From Eledone cirrhosa (taxonomy: Eukaryota), in NCBI GenBank assembly GCA_964016885.1, contig OZ024743.1, positions 220,038,001 through 220,102,000 of the forward strand: a DNA stretch of 64,000 nucleotides. Reading direction: 5' to 3'. This document shows, piece after piece, positions 14,136-31,195 of the stretch. The notes below the pieces were generated by a model. That model was given only the letters and a program-made list of their open reading frames with translations, did no database searches and was not told the DNA's origin. Made by a program: the position numbers and the translations under genes. Within the stretch, counting starts at the first letter, position 1. Every line of letters starts with the position of its first letter.

Positions 14136-14138
14136 ATA

Positions 14139-14197
<59 letters not shown>

Positions 14198-14521
14198 GAT
14201 ATGTCAGCCTGTGTATGCATATCTACATATATTTATTTGCTATTGTTTCTCTTTTCTTCCCCTTTGCTTTCCTTCCCTCCTTCCTTCGTTTTCCCAATAC
14301 CTTATCCAGTTATTGATGCCCTAGGGTGAAGTGGTATCTTGTCTTTAAAGCGTAGAAATATCCTAGACCCCAGTAGACAATTGATGAGGACCCCCCTCCT
14401 CCTGTTCTTGATTTCTTCGTATTTCCACTGCATTTTAAGTTACCTTAAATAGCAACTACACAACCATTTCTATTCTCCATATATCTCATTATATATTCGG
14501 ATTGGCAGTATCAGCAGAAAC

Positions 14522-14676
<155 letters not shown>

Positions 14677-14692
14677 TATATACATATATATC

Positions 14693-14805
<113 letters not shown>

Positions 14806-15080
14806 TACATATATACATATACAAACAGAAACAAACTGAGATATCTTCTTTATAAAGAGTATTTATAGCTATTAGATCTATCATCTGGCTACTTGTACAC
14901 CATTATTTATAACCAACATTCATAACGCTGTACTAATAGAATAATTATAGTGTCGGACTGTGATATATATGTATATACATATATATATAAAAACAAATAA
15001 CGAAACGAAATTATATAAACGTATATATATATATATATATATGTATATACATATATGTACATATTATATATATATATGTA

Positions 15081-15142
<62 letters not shown>

Positions 15143-15234
15143 TATGTATATATATATATAATATATATATATATGTATATATATATATGTACATATATAT
15201 ATACATACATATATAATATATATATTTATATATG

Positions 15235-15266
<32 letters not shown>

Positions 15267-15287
15267 GTATATATGTATATATATATG

Positions 15288-15395
<108 letters not shown>

Positions 15396-15466
15396 CACAC
15401 GATCACATATATTATATGTATTCATATTATATATATATATATATATATAATACGCATACAAACACA

Positions 15467-15546
<80 letters not shown>

Positions 15547-15638
15547 TATATATAAATATATATAAATGTATATTATATTTATCTATCTATATATCTGTTA
15601 ATATACATACATACATACATATACATATACATACATAA

Positions 15639-15688
<50 letters not shown>

Positions 15689-16466
15689 CTATATATATAT
15701 TCTCAGGTCGCTCTCGAGTGATACTGGTAACATGTAACCCAGTAGTATACCTGTCCCATGGTCGGGTCGTCGGCGACTAAACCAGCAACCCCACCAAGCC
15801 TGCTTGGTGAGGAGGGTGATATTTAGACACCCTGTGGGATGAAATACAAGACCCGACAAAGGGCGGAGGAACTCAGCAGAGTCAACGGTCATCGAAATAG
15901 CATTTTTCTTTTTTATACGGAGAGGTTAAACTCCGAGGCATAAACAGTTGAGGGCTGTCGTTGTATTTTCCGTGGCAAACATTTGCACCGAAGATATGTG
16001 TCGTCAGTTCCAAAAGTGTGGTTGGTCCTACAGAAGCCTTCACCACTTAAAACAAAAGTTTGTGTGGGTAGTTCAACATCAGTTCACTTTCTCACATCAA
16101 CTCTTGTTGGACACTCATAGGTCGGATATCGACGGGAGAGTTTATCATTATATATATAAATGGAGAGAGCAAGTAAGATTAAAGCAGGGTATACTCAGGG
16201 GTGTGTATAATCACGACAACGTTTCTAGTGTCTTTTGAATAATAATTCCCCTAAAATAATTTTCTCCATTTCCAACACTTCACGAAATACACGCATTCAC
16301 GTCCGTATGTAGAGTATGTATTTTAACATATACAGTATTAATACACCCTGACGCAGCCTGATGAAGGCACCAAACTGAAACCTTAATATCACTATCACTT
16401 TTCTACTCTAAAATATAAGTCATCCTACTTCTAAACATTCATTGTAGTGTATACACATACACACAC

Positions 16467-16559
<93 letters not shown>

Positions 16560-16678
16560 TGGTGGTTCACCACTGGATAGAATTGGTCATTCCGTATAGT
16601 CAACCGTGATGTAATTTTAGGAAAAGCACTCGACGTTATGCAACTCATCCATCTTCGATGTTGAATCTTGTTGGTGAT

Positions 16679-16782
<104 letters not shown>

Positions 16783-16907
16783 AAATGTGTGTTTAGAAAT
16801 ATTTAAATCTATCTATCTATTTATCAGTCTATCTAGCTTCACGCTCTCTGCTTATCTGTCTGTCTTCTCTCTCTCTCTCTCTCTTTCTCTCTCTATCTCT
16901 CTCTCTG

Positions 16908-16938
<31 letters not shown>

Positions 16939-17116
16939 ATGTGTGTGTGTTACGCATTTTCGTAGAAAAGCTAAAGGAAACAAGAGTGCTCTATATATAA
17001 TACAGAGCTATTTAATTACATAATAAGCAACACAATATAATTATTCCATTACCAAAGGTTTCAGGAAACTAGACGATCCTAACAAAAACGCCTAGTACGC
17101 TCATCAGATAAAATAT

Positions 17117-17156
<40 letters not shown>

Positions 17157-17157
<1 letters not shown>

Positions 17158-17790
17158 GAGGAAACCGTTGCACACGCATTAGTACACTGCTCGGGCGTAG
17201 CCGATCTGTGGGGCTATGTCGAACAACTGCTGTCAAGGGTGGGACCGATCCGGTTGACCACCGAGTCTATTGTAATGATCAAGCCGCCTCCCCCCTTCAA
17301 AGATGAAGCAGAGGCGGTGTTTCTGTGCGTAATAGCCATGGCGAAAGAGGTTGTATGGTGGACGCGTCTGAAAGGACTGAGGTCGGGCACCTTTCTCTCT
17401 GGCCAACAACTGGTCCGTTTCTTCCGATATCATTTCGGAAGAAGGATCAGGATGGAGAGAGAGGTGCTGCACCCCAGCCGTTTCTATGAAAGATGGGTGA
17501 AAGTGGCGAGAATGGCCCGTGTGAATGGGCCTTCACTCTACATCAGACTATAGGTGAGGAAGATGAAAGACCAAGGGAGCACCCCTTCTCTGTGCTCCTG
17601 AGGAGAAGGGTTGCACACTTTTTTCGGGGGTGTGTGCGACCCCCCAAGGCGCCTCCTCTCTATTGAGGATTTTGTTGCCTCCTCCTTATTGAGGACGCCT
17701 TTTTGTGTAAACTCCCCCCTTTGTACTTGTCCCACTTTTGATGCCCTAGTGGCAAATAAAAGAAATATATCTATCTATCTATCTATCTAT
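17157..17790 (+). mobile_element. Tx1-like LINE, 5'-truncated copy a
   Basis: Matches about 51561-52234 except a deletion of about 50 bp in the T-rich 3' UTR; (TATC)n on both sides. Confidence 0.93.
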
Positions 17791-17881
17791 AGCAACACAA
17801 TATAATTATTCCATTACCAAAGGTTTCAGGAAACTAGACGATCCTAACAAAAACGCCTAGTACGCTCATCAGATAAAATAT

Positions 17882-17953
<72 letters not shown>

Positions 17954-17955
<2 letters not shown>

Positions 17956-18940
17956 GGGCGCCTGGCACACTGAGTGTGCCCAGGCGCTCACCGCCCTCTG
18001 GCAGGCGGATCCGGTTATCAGTGGAGACTCCACCGCAACATTCTATAGAGGGCTGGTACGCAGCAGGTGCGACGACGCCCTCGGAGAAGCCCTAGACATG
18101 GAGGAGGACGAACTGGCCAGCCTGTTCGGTAGGACATTCAGCCCGGGACCTATGGACAACTTCCAGAAGTCCCTGGCCTGGCAGTGCTACCGAGGGGCTT
18201 TACCCGTTCGAGAAAGGCTCTACAGACACGGGCGCCCGGGTAGGGACCCCGCCAAAAAGATCTGTCCCAGATGCGTGTGCGACGAGGAAACCGTTGCACA
18301 CGCATTAGTACACTGCTCGGGCGTAGCCGATCTGTGGGGCTATGTCGAACAACTGCTGTCAAGGGTGGGACCGATCCGGTTGACCACCGAGTCTATTGTA
18401 ATGATCAAGCCGCCTCCCCCCTTCAAAGATGAAGCAGAGGCGGTGTTTCTGTGCGTAATAGCCATGGCGAAAGAGGTTGTATGGTGGACGCGTCTGAAAG
18501 GACTGAGGTCGGGCACCTTTCTCTCTGGCGAACAACTGGTCCGTTTCTTCCGATATCATTTCGGAAGAAGGATCAGGATGGAGAGAGAGGTGCTGCACCC
18601 CAGCCGTTTCTATGAAAGATGGGTGAAAGTGGCGAGAATGGCCCGTGTGAATGGGCCTTCACTCTACATCAGACTATAGGTGAGGAAGATGAAAGACCAA
18701 GGGAGCACCCCTTCTCTGTGCTCCTGAGGAGAAGGGTTGCACACTTTTTTCGGGGGTGTGTGCGACCCCCCAAGGCGCCTCCTCTCTATTGAGGATTTTG
18801 TTAAAAATTTTATTTTTTGTTATATCTTATTTTATTTTTATATTTTGTTATTGCCTCCTCCTTATTGAGGACGCCTTTTTGTGTAAACTCCCCCCTTTGT
18901 ACTTGTCCCACTTTTGATGCCCTAGTGGCAAATAAAAGAA

Positions 18941-19020
<80 letters not shown>
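17954..19020 (+). mobile_element. Tx1-like LINE, 5'-truncated copy b
   Basis: Nearly identical to about 51232-52220 (about four substitutions spotted by eye); zf-RVT region open; (TATC)n on both sides. Confidence 0.95.
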
Positions 19021-19022
<2 letters not shown>

Positions 19023-19704
19023 CTGTCCCAGATGCGTGTGCGACGAGGAAACCGTTGCACACGCATTGGTACACTGCTCGGGCATTGCCGATCTGTGGGG
19101 CTATGTCGAACAACTGCTGTCAAGAGTGGGACCGATCCGGTTGACCACCGAGTCTATTGTAACGATCAAGCCGCCTCCCCTCTTCAAAAACGAAGGAGAG
19201 GCGGTGTTTCTGTGCGTAATAGCCATGGCGAAAGAGGTTGTATGGTGGACGCGTCTGAAAGGACTGAGGTCAGACACCTTTCTCTCTGGCCAACAACTGG
19301 TCCGTTTCTTCCGATATCATTTCGGAAGAAGGATCAGGATGGAGAGAGAGGTGCTGCACCCCAGCCGTTTCTATGAAAGATGGGTGAAAGTGGCGAGTAT
19401 GGCCCGTGTGAATGGGCCTTCACTCTACATCAGACTATAGGTGAGGAAGATGAAAGACCAAGGGAGCACCCCTTCTCTGTGCTCCTGAGGAGAAGGGTTG
19501 CACACTTTTTTCGGGGGTGTGTGCGACCCCCCAAGGCGCCTCCTCTCTATTGAGGACTTTGTTATAAATTTTATTTTTTGTTATATTTTATTTTATTTTT
19601 ATATATTGTTATTGCCTCCTCCTTATTGAGGACGCCTTGTTTTGTAAACTCCCCCCATTGTACTTGTCCCACTTTTGATGCCCTGGTGGCAAATAAAAGA
19701 AACA

Positions 19705-19767
<63 letters not shown>
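19021..19767 (+). mobile_element. Tx1-like LINE, 5'-truncated copy c
   Basis: Slightly diverged variant of about 51538-52234; (TATC)n on both sides. Confidence 0.93.
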
Positions 19768-20292
19768 ATATATAGATAGTAGTTTCATTAACAGTTAATC
19801 TTACGTCTGCATTACAAGTGGTTTCAAGACGTCTCATCAAAATAATTTTTACCATCTGATGAGATAAAGGTGGTTACATGAAACCTCTGGTAATACAAAT
19901 ATAAATCAACCTCTTAAAATCCCAATTTTCATGTAATGTGTTGAGTTGTGTTTTCTTTCGTTTCTACCCACACTTGTATATAAGTCCATACACAGATACT
20001 CGAGCGAGCGGTTGTATGTTGTATACAGAGACGTGTTAAATATATCATTTTTATATGGTGAAGTGAAGTATCTTTTTCCTGATGTTTTAATACATATAAT
20101 AGCACTGCACTGAATATCTACTGAGTTTTGTTTACACCCAGTTACTAAAAACACCTCTTAAATTAACACATATTTCACTGCACAGTTTCGAATGTGCTTA
20201 TTTGCTACACACACATATATATACATACATATATATATATATATATACATACATATATACACAAACACACACACACGCACACACACACACAG

Positions 20293-20335
<43 letters not shown>

Positions 20336-20698
20336 AACAGACACACAGTCACACTGGGACACACACAAACAAATACAAATATATATATATATATATAAAC
20401 ACACACGTGTGAGCACGCACACACACACACACACATATATATATACACATAGCAATATGTAAGTCTATGTGCTTTTGTGCATGTCTGAATGCATGAAGAC
20501 TTTTACAAAGGATATTAGGTATATATAACATGGAACATTTCCCCTCTTTATATAAGGTATTCAACTGAGAACAGAACAAGAGTGAAATTTATCACAATCA
20601 AACGATTTATGTTCTCTATAACAACGCATTTCCAGAACAACTACATTAAAAGACGGGGAAAAATAGAAAATGCATCTATACATATAGGTTATATGCAT

Positions 20699-21166
<468 letters not shown>

Positions 21167-21386
21167 ATATATATATATATATATATATATAGGAAAAAGT
21201 ATGACCCCGACGGCAGGCAGAGCTCAAGCCGTTTCGACGGCTATTTCTGGACTAAAATAGTCCAGAAATATATCTATATATCTCTCTTTATATATATTCA
21301 TTTATATATATGTACATATCTATCTATCTATCTATCAATCTATTATCGAGCCCTCTTTGGATTTTAGTCTTCAAATTTATTATTAT

Positions 21387-21427
<41 letters not shown>

Positions 21428-21592
21428 TATATATATATAGATATAGATATATATAGATATATATGTACATATATATAAATGAATATATATATATATGTAT
21501 ATATATATATTTATATACCCATATATATATTTATATACCCATATATGTATACATATATATATATATATGTACATATATATAAATAAATAAAC

Positions 21593-21629
<37 letters not shown>

Positions 21630-21640
21630 TATATATATAT

Positions 21641-21920
21641 ATATAGACATAGAATATTCGAAAATATTCTGTATGTTTATAATAAACATTTTGAAGACCT
21701 AATCGCTATAGAATAGAATACGTCACGTATTACAATTAGATTCTCGATGAAAGCAAGGGAAGTAAATCTACGCGTTTCATTCTTATTAGAAATCGTCAGG
21801 ACGTATTCTATTCTATTCTATAGCGATTAGGTCTTCAAAATGTTTATTATAAACATACAGAATATTTTCGAATATTCTATGTCTATATTCACATATATAT
21901 CGCTATTTCAGAGCATTTAT

Positions 21921-21925
<5 letters not shown>
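21641..21925 (+). mobile_element. Fold-back insertion in (TA)n, related to 40044-40400
   Basis: Inverted arms of about 85 bp; shared end CGCTATTTCAGAGCA; degenerate HHR-like motif on the minus strand at 21765-21803. Confidence 0.65.
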
Positions 21926-21970
<45 letters not shown>

Positions 21971-22099
21971 AAGTGAGTCCTTCATCAGTGACCCTCCAAC
22001 CGTCCTCGGCATTTCATCGCTTTAAGGGCCATATGCCTCAGGTTGGTGCGAACAACGGCTAAAAAAAGTCGTTGGGACACGTAAATAAAGGGGGACGCT

Positions 22100-22135
<36 letters not shown>

Positions 22136-22420
22136 TATTTCCAGGAAAAAAATAACAAACTATATTGGTGAAGTGTGTTTCTCTTCTGTTATACCTGGTG
22201 GGGCGGGAAAACAGGATGGAATCACTTACCTGTGTGAAATGCCTTCGGGAAATTTAAGACTGTATAGAAAGTGGAAGAGAAAAATGGGAAAGGATATATT
22301 TATCATTGGAATCGATTATTATTATTACTATTGTTGTGATTATTATTATTAATATTATTATTATTATTTTTATTATTCTTTTGTTATTTATATGTATTGC
22401 GTGTTTAAAGTCTTTGGGTA

Positions 22421-22711
<291 letters not shown>

Positions 22712-22945
22712 AACACACAGATACATGCGGACACACACATATATACATGAATGCATCCGCACCCAACTGTGAGTTAAGGGTGCCAACTTCACCGATGTTG
22801 CTCAATGAATGACTGGGACAGACCAATTCAGTTTGAACCAGACTGAACCAGTATCAGAGTTAAAAATACATTATGAAGAGAGAAGAAACATTTAGATATA
22901 ATTAGTAATAAAATGTATCATACCTAAACTGCTCCTAAATTCCTC

Positions 22946-23080
<135 letters not shown>

Positions 23081-23541
23081 TATAAACATATATATATATA
23101 TGTGTGTGTGTGTATATGGTATATGTGTGTGTGTGTATATGGCTGTCCTCAAAACAGAAAGCAAGTACATCATAAGTAGATGCGTAAAATTAAAATGTAG
23201 GATATGATTTATATCAATATGTATACATACATCAATATATATATATATATATATATATATATTGATGTATGTATATATATATGTGTGTATATATAGTAGT
23301 AGTAGGTAGTAATATATATAGAGAGAAATATATGTATATATGTGTGTGTATAATGAATACACCCATACATAAACAGTGTGCGCATGCAAATAATACATTT
23401 ATACATATATATTCACATAATCATGCATGCATACAATTCATATAAGCTTGATAAAGAATAATGTGTCCATCACGGAGCTATATTTATGCAAAACTGCAAT
23501 CAAATGGACATTTGGTTTCTATATGATAATTAAGAAACGAT

Positions 23542-23574
<33 letters not shown>

Positions 23575-23760
23575 CACACACACAGACACACACATGTATA
23601 GTAATAATAATAATAGTAATAATAATAATAGTAATAATAATAATAGTAATGATAATGTGAAGACTAAAATCCAAAGAGGGTGAAAGCAGCGATTCTTTGC
23701 TTAAACTTTAATCCGTTATTTTAATATATATATATATATATATATCTACGTATCTATATA

Positions 23761-23955
23761 TAACGAAGGAAATGTGGTAAGGAACCAGGTGGACCATAAC
23801 GCACCAAAGTACTCAATACTTAGGGTAGTAGAGTGGGTAATAGGAACGAGTAGGACCCCGACGGCTGAGCTCAAGCCGTTTCGACGGCTAATTCAGTCCA
23901 GAATTAGCCGTCGAAACGGCTTGAGCTCAGCCGTCGGGGTCCTACTCGTTCCTAT
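23761..23955 (-). mobile_element. Family A fold-back element (3' half of a hammerhead plus about 100-bp tail)
   Basis: Perfect 55-bp arms 23840-23894/23901-23955; GAAA-CGGCT(tgagctc)AGCCG-TC-ggggtc corresponds to HHR stem III and a GUC site. Confidence 0.8.
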
Positions 23956-23962
23956 ATCTATA

Positions 23963-24001
<39 letters not shown>

Positions 24002-24021
24002 TTCTCTCTCTCTCTCTCTCT

Positions 24022-24065
<44 letters not shown>

Positions 24066-24139
24066 ATATATATATATATATATATATATAGATTATCGCA
24101 CAACATGGCTGAATACAATAAATGCAATCTGAGTTTTTC

Positions 24140-24338
24140 GAATATTAATAATAATATTCGATTCGTCTGCAACTATGCAAACACCCTCTTTTTTAAAGCC
24201 ATGTCAGTAGAATGAGCCCCTGATTCTTGCTCTTGTGTTGGCATGTAAGCAAGAATGAGGGGCTCATTCTACTGACATGGCTTTAAAAAAAGGTTGTTTG
24301 CATAATTGCAGACGAATCGAATATTGTTATTAATATTC
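24140..24338. repeat. Imperfect inverted repeat with arms of about 90 bp, adjacent to (TA)n
   Basis: Seen directly. Confidence 0.8.
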
Positions 24339-24345
24339 ACACTGC

Positions 24346-24465
<120 letters not shown>

Positions 24466-24647
24466 GTATATATTCATATATCTTTACAAATATATATATG
24501 TATATATATATATATATATATATAGATACATATATATAAATACATATATATATATATGTATATATAAGTACATATAGATATATATTCATATATACATACA
24601 CACACGGACGAATGTCAGTCATATATATGTATATGTATATGTATATG

Positions 24648-24713
<66 letters not shown>

Positions 24714-24814
24714 CATATGTATATACATACACACACACACACATATATGTATATGTATATGTATATACATATATATATATATATATATATGTATATAAAT
24801 ATATATGTATATAA

Positions 24815-24870
<56 letters not shown>

Positions 24871-24909
24871 GTATATACATACACACACACACACACACAC
24901 ACATATATG

Positions 24910-24940
<31 letters not shown>

Positions 24941-24996
24941 CTGTATGTGGTTTACGGGTGAGAGAATACAGGTCTCAGTACAGAAGGAGAGTTTTA

Positions 24997-25147
24997 ATAT
25001 TCATTTTATTAAGGCTAACTAGTGAGTCTTGTCACTCCGGAGTTTCGCCTGTTTATCACAGGGTCATCAGATAAGAATGACCCTGTGATAAACAGGTGAA
25101 ACTTCAGTGTAAGAAGACTCACTAGTTAGCCTTAATAAAACGAATAT
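24997..25147. mobile_element. Fold-back insertion with hammerhead-like motif (25027-25076, minus)
   Basis: Arms of about 70 bp. Minus strand: tcttat-CTGATGA-CCCTG(tgataaa)CAGGC-GAAA-CTCCGGAG-TG-acaaga, with a non-canonical GUG site. Tail also seen at 60196-60230. Confidence 0.65.
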
Positions 25148-25160
25148 ATATATATATATA

Positions 25161-25612
25161 TACATATGAAAAAGTGAGTCCTTCATCAGTGACCCTCCAA
25201 CCGTCCTAGGCATTTCATCGCTTTAAGGGTCATATGCCTCAGGTTGGTGCGAACAACGGCTAAAAAAAGTCGTTGGGACACGTAAACAAAGGGGACGCCA
25301 GGGTAACAACCAAAAAGTTTAAGCAACGGAAAGTGAGTAGAATCTTGTTCACAATTTCACAGAGTTTATATTCATAGAGATCTGGGACTTGTCTATTTCT
25401 ACTCACTTTCCGTTGCTTAAACTTTTTTGTTGTTACCCTGGCGTCCCCTTTGTTTACGTGTCCCAACGACTTTTTTTAGCCGTTGTTCGCACCAACTGAG
25501 GCATATGACCCTTAAAGCGATGAAATGCCTAGGACGGTTGGAGGGTCACTGATGAAGGACTCACTTTTTCATATGTATCCCATTTGCAACGCCGCAGCTC
25601 CATTATTATCAT
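25161..25612 (+). mobile_element. Fold-back insertion with near-perfect arms of about 180 bp
   Basis: Arms 25161-25342/25397-25577; partial copy at 21963-22098. Confidence 0.75.
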
Positions 25613-25678
25613 ATGTATATATACATATATATATACATACAATTTAGTGTTTGGGGTGCTAACTAATCAGTATTTCGT

Positions 25679-25732
<54 letters not shown>

Positions 25733-25773
25733 GAAATTGAGAGCGAGAATCGCATTTCGGCTGGTAGAAAAAG

Positions 25774-25810
<37 letters not shown>

Positions 25811-25936
25811 CACTCAAGCATCAATATTTTTATGTAGATGAAAATATATAAATATGACTAAAGTCCCCAACCACGGCCGTCATTGAACCAATGTAAAAAT
25901 TATATATATGTATTTGTGTGTGTATGTGTGTGTATG

Positions 25937-25987
<51 letters not shown>

Positions 25988-26698
25988 TTATATATACATT
26001 TCTTATTTTTATTGATGCACGACGGAAAAATGTTTATTTGTATGTATGTATGTATATATGTATGCATGTATGTATGTATGTATGTTTGCATCTATTTATG
26101 TATGTATGTATGTATGTATGTATGTATGTATGTACGTACGTATGTATGTATGTATGTATGTATGTATGTATGTATGTATGTATGTATGTATGCATGTATG
26201 TATGTTTGTATGTTTGTTTGTATGCATCTATGTATGCATGTACGCATGCATTTATGTATATATGTATGTAGGTATGTAGGCAGGAATTTTTCCATGCTTA
26301 TCTCTTTTTCAAAGTTTGAGATATTTTCGACCGGTCACCATCAACATTTTATGATAAGGAAACGTTCATTGAGTCGCAGTCGCATTGAAACCATATTTTA
26401 CAGTTTTTGAAGGTACCTTATATAATGGCTATTTGTAGCTTATGCATTATGGAGCTGTGTCCCTTCTCTAACAATTGGAGTTGAATCATACCTTCTTGTA
26501 GGTGTGTTGGTAGATATTCTGTAGTTGGTATATATTCTGTAGCTCCTATAAGAATATGTATTAAATTGAACATGTATTTTGGGTACTGGATCTGCAAACT
26601 CCTCCTAAATGATGCGTAGGTATCCGTAGTATCTTTAACACCATGTGGGCTCCTACAAGAGAGTTTGCTTTCGGATCGCGTATCTTTGTGTGTATCTT

Positions 26699-26756
<58 letters not shown>

Positions 26757-26869
26757 GATGTATATAGATGTATAAAAGATTCAGGATCCCGACGGCTGAG
26801 CTCCGGCCATTTCGACAGCTAGATCCGAACCGGTGCGTTATGGTCCACACCCTCTTTGTACATCTATAT

Positions 26870-26946
<77 letters not shown>

Positions 26947-26949
<3 letters not shown>

Positions 26950-27092
26950 TTACACAAGGCCTCAGTCAAGGGATTGGGTTCGGAGGTGGTTGGCTTCTCA
27001 ATTCTAAAAAAATTAAATAAGCCAACCACCTCCTAACCCAATCCCCGGACTGAGGCCTTGTGTAATTGCCTAAATAAGGAAGCCTGCCCACT
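26947..27092 (+). repeat. Fold-back insertion with arms of about 50 bp, in (TA)n
   Basis: Seen directly. Confidence 0.7.
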
Positions 27093-27157
27093 ATATATAT
27101 ATATATATAATAAACTAACAGGAGGCTGGACTTGTGTAAATCCTTGAAAGGTTTATT

Positions 27158-27215
27158 ATACTATGATCATTTCAATGACCGGGTTCCGTATGAATCCGGT
27201 GATATCATCAGGTAT
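27158..27215 (-). ncRNA. Type I hammerhead motif
   Basis: Minus strand: atac-CTGATGA-[ACCGG...CCGGT stem II]-GAAA-TGATCAT-A-gtat, with palindromic stem III. The adjacent tail recurs as a hairpin at 33781-33876. Confidence 0.65.
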
Positions 27216-27343
27216 TCGAAATATAATAAAGGAATATAACCGATAAAATCCATGGGGCTGAAAATCATAGACAAGAGGACGACCGACCATCTAGCATCTT
27301 CTACTTTAGTCGGTCGCCCTCAAGTGTTATATATATATAAGTG

Positions 27344-27389
<46 letters not shown>

Positions 27390-27562
27390 TATATATAAAT
27401 ACAGGAGAAGTTTGTTTGTATGAATGGTAGTTTGTCTGTTTGTCTCTCTGTTTATCTATCTATCAATTAATCTTCATATTTGTAAATATTTTATCTCACG
27501 TATATTACTTAATTTTACACACACAAATATATATATATATATCTTTTGACATACATAATATG

Positions 27563-27617
<55 letters not shown>

Positions 27618-27717
27618 TGTTTTGCAAGGTTTTTGATATGAAATCGTGTGTTGAAACAAATATAACAATATATATATATATATATAGATATATAGATATA
27701 TAACAATATATATATAT

Positions 27718-27834
<117 letters not shown>

Positions 27835-27921
27835 CAAGCATTTATATGTAGAAGGAGATGTAAATATATAAATATGACTATAATTCCTGTGGATCCAGTA
27901 AAAGTGTAAATAAGTACACTT

Positions 27922-27966
<45 letters not shown>

Positions 27967-28602
27967 CTTATACGTATTTTGAAAACACCGCAAGCAACGA
28001 AAGTAAATTACTGACCAAATTACGTGAATCCATGTTATTTTATTTTTAAGAAAACCAACTCTAATATAAATGAAAACCGTTTTCTGAAACTTCATATCTG
28101 TTTATATATACGGGTTCACTATTACATGTGTCTACAAGCGTATTTATATATATGTGTGCGTGTGTTTTGAGTATGCGTGTATGTGTGTTTTGAGTATGTG
28201 TGTATGTGTATTTTATATTTCATATTCTTTCCGTCTTTCGAATATCTCTATGCATGTGTTTCTACATATCTATGTGTTTATTAATTCTTGTAATTGTATG
28301 TATGCGTACTTATTTGCCCGTGTGCACGCATCCAATCTTATAAGCGCATGTGTATGTATATGCATTTATGTGTGTGTATATGTGTATGCACATGTTTGTG
28401 TTTGTGTATATATATTCTGTCTATGTGTTTATGTCTGTACTGAAATCAACTTTGCGGTATAATGAACTATCATTGTTAAAATTGCCGACTAAACAGACAG
28501 ACAAAAATACAGATTCATAACTTTAGCACTCTGTAATTCAAAGGTGATGAAACCACAAACATCACACATACACCACCATACACCCACACACGCACGCACA
28601 AA

Positions 28603-28723
<121 letters not shown>

Positions 28724-29245
28724 GAACACACCATGAAGTCATACAAAATAAAAAAAATAAAATGAATTTGATGATATATTGCGTAAAAGTCTTTAAAGTG
28801 TCTAATTTAATATTTTCTATTAGGTTAAGTGCAAACAACTTTAACCAAAGATTTAATCAGCATTAACACGGTTTTAGAAGCCAGAAAAGGTCTATGGAAT
28901 AAATTTATTAAAATATATAGTCTTTGAAAATTACAGTTTTAGGAGATAATCAAAAGCCTCTTGGAGAAAATGAATATATTCTTCCAGAAAAGCTTCATTC
29001 TGCACACGGGTACAAAGTTAATATTATTTTGTATATCACAAAAGAAAATATTTGTTTGAATACTTTGTAAAGCAACTAGGCGTGTGATACATTATCAACT
29101 CACACTTTAAAGCCCCTAATACTTTTTTTCTGCTATTTTTCTGTATTTCATACCATATGCATCTATTTATCTCCCCCCTCTATCTCTGCGCATATGTGTG
29201 TGTGTGCGTGTGTATATATGATATATGTATATATGTGTGTGTGCG

Positions 29246-29302
<57 letters not shown>

Positions 29303-29507
29303 ATGTGTGTGTATGTGTGTGTATGTGTGTGTATGTGTGTGTGTGTATTTGTGCGTGTGTGTGTCTATTTATATATATGTGTGTGTGTGTATATATATAT
29401 ATATGTGTGTATGTATGTGTGTGTGTGTATTTGTGCGTGTGTGCGTCTATTTATATATATATGTGTGTGTGTGTATATATATATACATATGTGTGTGTGC
29501 GTGTGTG

Positions 29508-29548
<41 letters not shown>

Positions 29549-29626
29549 ATGGGTGTGTAAAATGACATAAATTACTGTGTAGTAGCAACCCTATCCGACA
29601 TTGGTTCCTCATACCATTCTTAATAA

Positions 29627-30137
29627 TCTATATATATAAAACTGAGGATGTCTGTCTGTGTGTGTGTGAGTTTGAATCCCTAAAACTCGAGAACCACCCA
29701 ACCGACTGTTTTCAAACTTTACACATGTAATACTTATTTTTCAGGGAGTGTTCTGATCAAAATAAATTTCAAATTTTCAATGCCCTAAGGACCGCATTAT
29801 GCGATTTAGCGATCTCTCTCTATAATTCTTAGTCTTTCTCTTTTTAGATACATACATATAACGTCGCGCCCTTATATTATCTGTCTGTTTGTCTGGCTGT
29901 CTGCTGCCTCCGGTTATTCTGCCACCCTTGCTCAAGACAAATCTCACACTCATTCCCCAAACAGTTGGTAAGTGCACACAATTTCTTCCTCACGTTTTAA
30001 GCCACAGTGTTGCTTACTTACGCACCACCAGACCCTTACTTCTTTGCCAGCCGTGGTTGTGGCAATACTAAGCTTAGCTAAGGCGGTTATATATTTCACA
30101 ATACCTTATCCCGTGCAACGCCGGATACCACTGCTAG
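29627..30137 (+). mobile_element. Non-autonomous Helitron
   Basis: 5' A|TCTATATATATAAAA, subterminal GC-rich CCGTGCAACGCCGG, and 3' CTAG|T; no TSD. Confidence 0.8.
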
Positions 30138-30469
30138 TATATTGATAAAATTGAGAAATGAAATACTGTGATTCTCCCTCAAGAAGTTCTCTGTGATCAT
30201 AAAACGAAAGAGTAGTACCAGTCTTGATTTATTTAAACCATGTTTTACATAAAACCTCTGTTATGGTATACAGACTTACAAACATTTTTATAAATATACT
30301 TAAGTATGACACACACGCGCGCGCACACACATACACACAGAAATGTATAACCATGCATAGACAATGATATACACTAACGAATATATAAACGTACGCACAC
30401 GCACATTTATATACATATAAACATGCTTACACACACACACACACACACACATATATATGTATATATATC

Positions 30470-30593
<124 letters not shown>

Positions 30594-30668
30594 TATACAC
30601 ACACACACACATATATATATATATACATGCCCCAGCATGGCCTCAGCCGGATGGCTGAAACAGGTAAA

Positions 30669-30705
<37 letters not shown>

Positions 30706-31066
30706 AACCATTGTTGCATGATTATGCATCCATACACACATAACTACATATATATCTATATATATTATTACATATATACTTACTGCTATACAACCACACA
30801 ATCTGGCTCACCCTCATACTTTAATTGAAAATATACTCTTACATGAATAAACATATGAATATACAGATTCATAAATATATACAGACGTTATAATATTTTA
30901 CATGCTGTCGAGATACATACACTCACACACACATATGAGACAAACAGACTGAAAGAATGTGTGTTTCGGCTCTTTTATCATTGCTCACGCGCCATAAGCG
31001 GATGTTTCAGACGGAAAACATTACACACACACACACACACACAGACAGACAGACACACGCACACAC

Positions 31067-31195
<129 letters not shown>

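Noticed and set aside
15700-16440. Higher-complexity island including a weak CTGATGA...GAAA motif near 16358
   Set aside because: Probably retroelement debris, but no confident protein or RNA motif could be assigned.
25490-25565. Hammerhead in the right arm of the 180-bp fold-back
   Set aside because: CTGAGGC...GAAA and a later CTGATGA are present, but I could not build a consistent core with stems.
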